Assembly: GCA_964647565.1 (NCBI GenBank)
Contig: CAZYIM010000057.1
Span: 1 to 10,622, forward strand
Direction: 5' to 3'
Source: an uncultured Methanosarcinales archaeon
GTDB taxonomy: Archaea > Nanobdellota > Nanobdellia > Woesearchaeales > CAZYIM01
DNA: 10,622 nucleotides
A program made the translations under genes and the position numbers. Below, piece by piece: positions 1 to 7,100 of this stretch (positions are counted from its first letter, which is position 1; each line of letters begins with the position of its first letter). The notes under the pieces were generated by a model that saw only the letters and a program-made list of their open reading frames with translations, made no database searches and was not told the origin of the DNA.

Positions 1-1194
1 ATAGTTTGTTTCTTCATTTTAATAGCTTTAATTCCCTCTGTTTCTGCAGTTGGTTTTGCAGGTGACGGAAAAATTCATGTAATCTATGAACCGGGTCTTG
101 AGATTTCAAGGAGCTACAACCTAATAGCAACTATCACTCCGCCAACCAACTATACCCTTAAGGTAGAAGGTGCGTTTGCAGACTATGTTGAGCTATCAAC
201 TACTAGATTCGAAAAAATTACGCCCAGGGATGCAGCAAGCTTTAGCTTCAATTTGAAGTTACCTGATGAACTTCCAGAACATCTGCAGACTCCGGGTATG
301 CAAGGGACCTTCATAAATCTGTGCGAAGAGCCTAAGAAATCTGGTGAAGCCGGCATGTTCAATGTGGTAACATGTGCAATCGTAGCAGTTGGAGTTTATG
401 TTTTACATCCAGATAAATATACAGAATCTGAGTTCAAGATACCCTATATCAATGAAGGAGAAGATATTATAGCAAAGTTAGAAATAACTAACTTTGGTCA
501 GAAGACTATCAACAGTCTTAAAGCAGATATAGAGATTAGCAATAAATCTGGTGCTGTTGTCAGGTCATTCTCAACTGACACCCGCTCTAATCTGGCTTCT
601 AAAGAAGAAGTTACTCTCCAAGGAAGCACACCCAGCCTTAACCTGCCCAATGGCAACTATGATGTAAAAGCCACATTATACTGGGATGGCAATACCGAAG
701 TACATCATGCACCATTCAAGATAGGCACACGAACAATTGACATTGACAGTTTCACAACAAGAGCAGATATTAACACGATAAGCAAACTGGATATTGTAGT
801 TTCCAGCAGATGGAACTCCAAATTAATAAATGTCTATGGTATCATTGAGATAAATAAGGACGATCAAAAACTTCTATTGAAAACACCACCTACAGACCTC
901 AGCCAGTTCGGTAGTGCCAAACTATCCACTTATTGGGATACAACAGATGGAAGCTGGGAAGAAGGCAATTATTCAGTAAAAGTAAGCATAACCATGAATA
1001 ACGAACCAGGCGTAGAAGAAACATTTATCCTCCAGCTCCTAAAGCCCGAACAAAAAAACTCTGATTCTAAGAGTACCAAGACTAAACTAAGCATCAATAA
1101 TACAACCATCATAATAGGAATAGTGCTTGTTGTGGTCCTGATATTGATTATATTCAATTTTTTCTTGCTGAAAAGAATAAGGGTGCTGAAATAA
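1..1194 (+). CDS. 5'-partial secreted, C-terminally membrane-anchored multi-Ig-like (CARDB/DUF916-like) surface protein
   Basis: Frame +1 is open from base 1 (IVCFFILIALIPSVSA-VGFAGDGK...), so the track's TTG start at 253 is internal. The first residues are a signal-peptide h-region ending in VSA. Beta-rich Ig-like segments follow (LEITNFG...GNYDVKATLYW; EEGNYSVKVSI), then a TM helix (IIIGIVLVVVLILIIFNFFLL) and a basic tail KRIRVLK; TAA at 1192-1194. Confidence 0.85.
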   Translation: MVCFFILIALIPSVSAVGFAGDGKIHVIYEPGLEISRSYNLIATITPPTNYTLKVEGAFADYVELSTTRFEKITPRDAASFSFNLKLPDELPEHLQTPGMQGTFINLCEEPKKSGEAGMFNVVTCAIVAVGVYVLHPDKYTESEFKIPYINEGEDIIAKLEITNFGQKTINSLKADIEISNKSGAVVRSFSTDTRSNLASKEEVTLQGSTPSLNLPNGNYDVKATLYWDGNTEVHHAPFKIGTRTIDIDSFTTRADINTISKLDIVVSSRWNSKLINVYGIIEINKDDQKLLLKTPPTDLSQFGSAKLSTYWDTTDGSWEEGNYSVKVSITMNNEPGVEETFILQLLKPEQKNSDSKSTKTKLSINNTTIIIGIVLVVVLILIIFNFFLLKRIRVLK

Positions 1195-1195
1195 A

Positions 1196-1639
1196 ATGAA
1201 GAGAAACCAACTGATAATTCTAATAGTAATGATCTTTTTTATTTGCATTGGTCTCACTTCAGTCGCATATACACTCTTCCTGAAAAGCAATAGTATGCCT
1301 ACAGTCATAGGAGTAGGCGTGATTGATATTGATGTTAAAATAGAGGATGTAGAAGGTATAGCGCTTATGGTCGACAATAATGCCCTGCCATTTGGTATTT
1401 TAGAGCCTGGCAGAGAAGCTGCCAGAAAGATATATGTTCATAATAATCTAAGCGAGACCTTGGTTATCCAACTTGAATTCTCAGGCGAAGTAGCTCCCTG
1501 GATGGGCATTGCAGAGGAAAGCTTCTATCTGGAGCCTGATGAAATAAGGGATGTTAAGGTAAGTATGACTGTGCCAGAGGATACTGCTAAAGACAGGAAT
1601 TATAGTGGCACTCTAAAAATATACCAGATACGAACCTAA
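1196..1639 (+). CDS. small membrane-anchored/secreted single Ig-like domain protein (147 aa)
   Basis: ATG 1 nt after the upstream stop; N-terminal hydrophobic helix (LIILIVMIFFICIGLTSVAYTLF); beta-sandwich-type motifs LPFGILEPG ... VKVSMTVP ... NYSGTLKI. Confidence 0.85.
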   Translation: MKRNQLIILIVMIFFICIGLTSVAYTLFLKSNSMPTVIGVGVIDIDVKIEDVEGIALMVDNNALPFGILEPGREAARKIYVHNNLSETLVIQLEFSGEVAPWMGIAEESFYLEPDEIRDVKVSMTVPEDTAKDRNYSGTLKIYQIRT

Positions 1640-1643
1640 GTGA

Positions 1644-1659
1644 GCAAAAATTTTATATA
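1644..1659 (+). promoter_or_regulatory. putative archaeal BRE/TATA promoter
   Basis: GCAAAAAT followed by TTTATATA (1652-1659), ending 24 nt before the ATG at 1684, in a 44-nt intergenic gap. Confidence 0.65.
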
Positions 1660-1683
1660 GTCCATTGTGCGGTAATTGATATA

Positions 1684-3684
1684 ATGAAAAAGAAATTTCT
1701 TATTTTCATAACCTATCTTACAATTATTCTGATTGTTCTACAGACAGCGTTAATCACGTATACAACCTATAAAACTTCATCTGATGCGGCCCCAAGCGGG
1801 GCGGTTGTTAAACAGGGTAAAGTTACAATTTGTATCACAGAAGTAATTGATGTCCTGGGATCAGCTGATTTCACATTATACGAACGGCAGAACTATTCAG
1901 CAAAATTCAACCATTCGCAAACCAATCTAACAGTACATATGGTATCTTATTGCCCACCTCCAAAAAGAAACCCGGGAGGAGGACCCATCTTTCAAATGAC
2001 ATCTGATGGGTGGATAAACTTCACTCCCGACGAGAGTTATCTTGAAGCTGACTATTCTGACGGAAGATATATCTGCCAAATATCTGTGATTGCAGATGAA
2101 TCATGGGAAGAGGACGAATGCTTTGCCTGCAATGACACATGGCCCATGTTCATTGTTAAGGATTACAACTATGCACCATATCCAATTGCAAATCTGTCTG
2201 ATACGGTCTGGCCTGCCAACACATCAGTCAGTGCTTTTGTATTAGATGAATATTTTGCAGATCCTGACAATGATACTCTAAGATATAATGTGACTGGTAA
2301 TGAAAATATTATTATCACGATATTGAATTCAAGCGAAGTCTACCTTTCATCATCCTGGTGTGGCATTGAGAATGTTTTTTTTACTGCAATAGATATATCC
2401 CGAGCTGCTCCGCATAATCTGACCAACTACAGCAATTGGGTCAAACTTGAGGCCTCCTGCGCTACTGAGGGCAGCGGATCTGGTGGGGCAGCAGGTGAAG
2501 GTGCAGGTGGTGCATCTATGGGTGGTGCCGGCATGTCTTTACCTTGTGTACCTGAATGGAAATGCTTCCCCTGGGGAGATTGTCAGCCAGATGGAAGCCG
2601 AACCAGACAATGTGTTGACGTAAATGGCTGTGATGCAGACCGCTATGAACAATATCTGACAGAATCCTGTGAATACAAAGTAGAAGAGAATTGTGTAGAA
2701 GACTGGCATTGTGATGAATGGGCTCCCTGTCAACCTGACAATACCCAAACCAGGGAATGCTACGACCAAAACGACTGTGGAACCCAGAATAACATGCCTC
2801 CTGCGACCCAATCCTGTATCTATATTGGCACCTGTTCAGATGACATTAAGAACTGTCATGATGATGCATGTGAGGAAGGAGTTGACTGTGGCGGGCCTTG
2901 CGATCCTTGTGCTGAAGTCCAAATGCCCATACCTATTGACGCCCAGGCAAAGATCACACCCCTTCTGATAATAACAACTATCTCAGCAGCCTTATTGATC
3001 CTGCTTTATGGTTACTTCCACAAACAGATAAACGCAAGTGTTGCCAAACTGGGTTGGAAACTTGCTGGCCAGATCATAAAGCCTATTCTTCTTGCTGACA
3101 AAGAAAAGAAGATTATCATGGAAATGTTATTAGCTTTAGAGAAACGCTTGAAAAAAGCCAAAAAGCTCAAAGAATCCCGTATGATAATCTCTTCAATCAT
3201 GAGATATTTCTATAAAAAACTCATGGATCTGCCCTCGGCATTTAAGATGGACGAATTTAATGTCAAGATAAAGCGTCTGAAGTACCCAGAAACCCTTAAT
3301 CGTATTCTTACATCCTTTGCTGAAAAGATCATAGATCTAGAGAGTGGTAAACTCCCGCTGAACCAACTCGAGATAGAGAACATGATTGAAGAATCCAGAG
3401 TCTTGGTATACCTGACTTCAAGATTCGTCAAAGAGGACATTGGCAAGGAGATCGCTGAGAAGAAGATAGAGACAACAGGTGTAAGCAAGATTGAAAAGAC
3501 CAGATTGATGATCTACAATACATATATTGCCATGCTTTTCAACGAAGTCGAGATCTGTAAGAAAAAATACATTGAGATAATCAATATTTACGATGATCTG
3601 CATCCAGACAAGAAGAAGAAGATTTATGAGGATTTTGCTCGCTTGTTTGATGAGATCAAGTATGTGATCAGCTGGAAAATATAG
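1684..3684 (+). CDS. membrane-spanning surface protein: cadherin-like ectodomain, Gly linker, Cys-rich TSP1-like repeats, TM helix, ~220-aa helical cytoplasmic tail
   Basis: 666-aa ORF. N-terminal hydrophobic helix; cadherin-type Ca motifs DYNYAP and YFADPDNDTLRY; Gly/Ala linker aa 263-283; two 6-Cys repeats aa 288-331 and 337-380; CSDDIKNC...EEGVDCGGPCDPC motif aa 384-409; TM aa ~424-445; Lys/Glu-rich helical tail. About 12 N-x-S/T sequons lie before the second TM and one after it. Confidence 0.88.
   Translation: MKKKFLIFITYLTIILIVLQTALITYTTYKTSSDAAPSGAVVKQGKVTICITEVIDVLGSADFTLYERQNYSAKFNHSQTNLTVHMVSYCPPPKRNPGGGPIFQMTSDGWINFTPDESYLEADYSDGRYICQISVIADESWEEDECFACNDTWPMFIVKDYNYAPYPIANLSDTVWPANTSVSAFVLDEYFADPDNDTLRYNVTGNENIIITILNSSEVYLSSSWCGIENVFFTAIDISRAAPHNLTNYSNWVKLEASCATEGSGSGGAAGEGAGGASMGGAGMSLPCVPEWKCFPWGDCQPDGSRTRQCVDVNGCDADRYEQYLTESCEYKVEENCVEDWHCDEWAPCQPDNTQTRECYDQNDCGTQNNMPPATQSCIYIGTCSDDIKNCHDDACEEGVDCGGPCDPCAEVQMPIPIDAQAKITPLLIITTISAALLILLYGYFHKQINASVAKLGWKLAGQIIKPILLADKEKKIIMEMLLALEKRLKKAKKLKESRMIISSIMRYFYKKLMDLPSAFKMDEFNVKIKRLKYPETLNRILTSFAEKIIDLESGKLPLNQLEIENMIEESRVLVYLTSRFVKEDIGKEIAEKKIETTGVSKIEKTRLMIYNTYIAMLFNEVEICKKKYIEIINIYDDLHPDKKKKIYEDFARLFDEIKYVISWKI
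2545..2823 (+). repeat. two intragenic 44-codon Cys/Trp repeats (2545-2676, 2692-2823)
   Basis: CVPEWKCFPWGDCQPDGSRTRQCVDVNGCDADRYEQYLTESCEY vs CVEDWHCDEWAPCQPDNTQTRECYDQNDCGTQNNMPPATQSCIY: ungapped, 19/44 identical by hand, with all six Cys and both Trp conserved. Confidence 0.9.
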
Positions 3685-3780
3685 TTCTAAACCTAATTCT
3701 TGGCCTTGAAAAAGGAAAAAACTTATACGCGAGAAATTAGAAAAAAAAAGATTTCTGAGCATAAATTGTTCTAAAAAAAG

Positions 3781-3795
3781 GAGAAAATTTATAAA
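3781..3795 (+). promoter_or_regulatory. putative BRE/TATA promoter for the RHH-RHH-adhesin unit
   Basis: Purine-rich GAGAAAA followed by TTTATAAA (3788-3795). An alternative TATA-like TTTATTAA lies at 3844-3851, 27 nt before ATG 3879. Confidence 0.55.
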
Positions 3796-3873
3796 TAGTT
3801 GAATAAGTTAATTAATTTAAAATAGTTAATTTGTTTAGATAAGTTTATTAAATAAAATAAGTTAAATAACTTA
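3793..3873. repeat. degenerate 9-bp tandem array (consensus AATAAGTTA), putative RHH operator
   Basis: Nine contiguous 9-mers: aaatagttg, aataagtta, attaattta, aaatagtta, atttgttta, gataagttt, attaaataa, aataagtta, aataactta. AGTT starts at 3797, 3806, 3824, 3842 and 3860. Perfect inverted repeat TAAGTTA-aa-TAACTTA at 3858-3873. Confidence 0.6.
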
Positions 3874-3878
3874 GTAAA

Positions 3879-4007
3879 ATGCCCAACATAAACATCATAA
3901 TTCCGAATGAGCTGCATAAGAACCTCAAAATAATTTCTATTGAAAAAGGTATAACTATGAAGGAGCTCATCCAGAAAACCCTAGAACTAGAAATTAAAAA
4001 TGGTTAA
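3879..4007 (+). CDS. small ribbon-helix-helix (CopG/Arc/MetJ-like) DNA-binding protein, 42 aa
   Basis: Hand translation MPNINIIIPNELHKNLKIISIEKGITMKELIQKTLELEIKNG*. It shows an alternating N-terminal beta strand, helix A (ELHKNLK), a G-I-T turn and helix B (MKELIQKTL), the canonical RHH pattern. Absent from the ORF track, whose shortest entry is 60 aa. Confidence 0.85.
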   Translation: MPNINIIIPNELHKNLKIISIEKGITMKELIQKTLELEIKNG

Positions 4008-4122
4008 TATCAACATCGAGATCAAAGAAAACGTACATAAAAACTTGAAGATAAATGCTGCTAAGAACGAGCAGACCCTTAAAGATCATATTATAGAGAT
4101 ACTAGAAAGGATTAAAAAATGA
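4000..4122 (+). CDS. second, paralogous ribbon-helix-helix protein, 40 aa
   Basis: Hand translation MVNINIEIKENVHKNLKINAAKNEQTLKDHIIEILERIKK*. 17/40 identical, ungapped, to the preceding ORF. Overlaps it by 8 nt and overlaps the next gene by ATGA (4119-4122). Confidence 0.83.
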   Translation: MVNINIEIKENVHKNLKINAAKNEQTLKDHIIEILERIKK

Positions 4123-7100
4123 AAAAACAGACCAAATATGCCCTTTTGACAATCAGCATATTAGTATTACTATCGCTTCTGGTATCTGCAATAACTTTCG
4201 ATTCAGATCCTACCATAAACAATCTACCACCAATCACAGGCGGTAATCTATCTGAAGTTATGTCCCGTACCAATTTGAATTGCAGTTGGAATGCAACAGA
4301 CTCAATACAGACCAATGTCAGCTGGTATAGAAATGGCGTTTCCATATTGAACAAGACCGTGCTGAGCAGCTATGATATAATTGAAAACAGTCAGACATCC
4401 AAAGGAGACACTTGGAACTGCTCAATTACCATTACAGACGGTATCCCCCCCTCCCTAACTAGTTGGTATGCAGTTGTGATCAGCAATTCACCCCCAGAAC
4501 CACCCCACGTCAGAGATTGGAATAGTGATGTCGTAATTAACTGGACACACGTCTATGAAGATCAGAATTTCCTATACCAAATAAATTCATCAGACATCGA
4601 CAATGATCCCTTGGTATTCAGCGTACTATCTCTAGAAAGCGCCCGCTCAGACTTATGTGCTGTTCTTACTCCTGATAATAATCCAGCATCAATCCGATGC
4701 AGCCCGATAGCAATGGATCTGGATTCCATTCATGTTCCCACAACAAGAAAAGTCAACTTCAAGGTAGATGAGAACATCGAAGGTATTGCTTATGGAATCT
4801 CGAAAACTATATACCTCAACATAACTCCTGTCAACGACACACCTATATTCATGGCAGGATTTCCAGACGATATCCTGACCTATCAAGGAAATAGAACCAA
4901 CTTCGACTATTATGATAGCGGTACAGGCAGGTACGGACACCTTATCTGGGCAGAGGATGAAGAAAACGATACTATTGGCTTCTCTCTAGGCTTGCCCCCT
5001 GCCCTAACAGGAAGATTAGAGATTGTATCTGTCACTGAAAATGCTCAACATGACTACAGAGCAGTGATGTCCTGGAATACTGCCACTACATATCCCGAAT
5101 TCAGGGATAGAGGCAACTATTCAATCAATGTCACTATCTTTCATACGGGGAACACCTCCAACAACAGGACATCTCCATTCCTTTTAGAGGTTATTCCTGT
5201 CAATACACCACCCAACATAACAGGCATAGGTTTTACGCCGACAGCACAAAATCAGAATTTTACATTGATCGTGAATGTGTCAGATGTCAATAACGATACA
5301 TTTATTTTCAACATGGTCGGGATAGCATGTCCATTATCCAATCCTTGGTCTCTTACTATTGTGAATAACGGTACATGGAACAATACTCGGAACCTAAGTC
5401 TAGGCCAAGCCATATTCAACAATACCTTAACTAATACACATGTCGCGTGCGACCACGTCAATGTCTCTGTAACAGATATAAACACACTTGGTGAAACCCA
5501 GGAAACAGTGTGGACCAATGTAACTTTAAATCTGATAAATGTTAATGATCCGCCTGTACTCAACCAGCTTAGCGGTTATCCAGGGAACACTGGAGGAGAC
5601 GATATGAGCAATCTTCTTGCTTATGCACATGGAAGTTTCTATTATAAATTGAATGCCACAGATCCAGACCTTTATGTAGGAGGTGAGGTGTTATCATACA
5701 GCCACAATTCAACAGCAGCTTTCTTTGATATAAATAATAATGGCGAAATCTTATTCACACCAAACAGCTCAGATGTAAATAACTACTCCATAAATATCAC
5801 TGTAATAGACATCAACTTTAGCAATAGTTCGAGAGTAATGACCCTAAGAGTGCTGCCAAATGAGATACCCTATTTCATTCCATCACTGCAGAATCAAACC
5901 AATATTAGCGAAGGCCTTAATTTCACATATCAGGTTAATGCAACAGATGCAGATGCAGACAACATAACTTATTCAGCCAGATTTGTTAATGGAAGCATCT
6001 CAGGATTCACCATAAACACAACAACCGGCCTGATTTGGGCTTTACCACAACAAGCAGAAATTGGAAATCATACCGTAAATATTTCAGTAATAGATGAACA
6101 TGGAGCCATAAATTGGAGCGTCATCATATTCGAGATTGTAAACAGGAATGATGCCCCCCTACTCACTAACTATGATTTTTCAACCCTTACAATAGTAGAA
6201 ACCCACGAAGCCACCTATTATATTGCAGCTACTGACAAGGATCTGGTCTTACCATCTACCTATGATAGTCTAACTTTCAATGTTTCACTCACCTGGCCGA
6301 TCAATTATTCTCTAAACTACAGCCTAGGGTCACAAATCACTGGAAATAGTACATCGACCATCAAATTTGTACTTAGACCTGTAGATGGCGATGCAGGCAA
6401 CTATTCAATGAACATCACGGTCTATGATAGTCTTGGAGAAGTAGATGTCAGACGCGTCACTTTCAATATTATAAACAGGTCTGCTCCACCAAACATTGCT
6501 AATGTGACTCCCTTTGGAATGCCCAAGAACAACAACTATAGCAATGCATGGACAGTCAATGACTTCCTGAATTCAATAACCTATCTACATATAACTGAAA
6601 ACTTACAGGATGATGTCACCAGGAACTGGCTCTTGTTTAACCACACAACCACGGATGAGAATCTGACTGGCATGACCTATACGTGGTATCTTAATGGAAC
6701 AGAGATCACTGGTTCAGAGCTTATGGAAAGAACACATACTTACAACAGGACCTTCGATTATTTCTCTGCAGGAACCTATAATATCACTCTCTTGGCAGAA
6801 GATGCAACCCTTGAATCAGATAGATTTTCCTGGATAGTAAATGTCACCAATGTTGACAGGGCTCCTGATCTGGAAACTCCCCTTGTAAATATCACTATCA
6901 CAGGATATGTTAATTCATTCTATAATTATTTCCTCTATTGGGGAGGCTCGGCCAAATTTGTAGATCCTGATGACGATTTAAACAATAATGAGATAATCGA
7001 TGGTAATGAATCCAGTGGACTGACTTATAATGCTACCACCTGCAATAAAGCCAACTTACAGATAATAAATCACACCTTGTTTGTTGATTCTACAGAACTG

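Noticed and set aside
1196..1270. MKRNQ-LIIL as a class III (archaeal pilin) signal peptide
   Set aside because: The -1 residue would be Asn rather than the Gly/Ala/Ser expected for PibD/FlaK cleavage.
969..1377. Minus-strand ORFs 969-1157 and 1087-1377
   Set aside because: Antisense shadows of well-supported plus-strand genes, with no recognisable motifs.
2545..2823. Cys repeats as a DGR template/variable repeat pair
   Set aside because: Differences are not adenine-restricted, nucleotide identity is low, and no reverse transcriptase is present.
3732..3756. AGAAAT...ATTTCT inverted repeat as a terminator
   Set aside because: Only a 6-bp AT-rich stem with a 13-nt A-rich loop and no following U-tract; expected by chance.
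2539..3762. Alternative-frame and antisense ORFs 2539-2811, 2711-2968, 3012-3200, 3210-3488, 3418-3762
   Set aside because: All overlap the 666-aa gene and have no coherent protein features.
3793..3873. Periodic array as CRISPR or replication origin
   Set aside because: Units are 9 bp with no spacers, there is no G-string ORB motif, and no cas, cdc6/orc or rep gene is in the window.
3879..4122. RHH pair as a toxin-antitoxin module
   Set aside because: Both ORFs are bare RHH paralogues; there is no PIN, RelE or HicA-like toxin and no toxin-binding extension.
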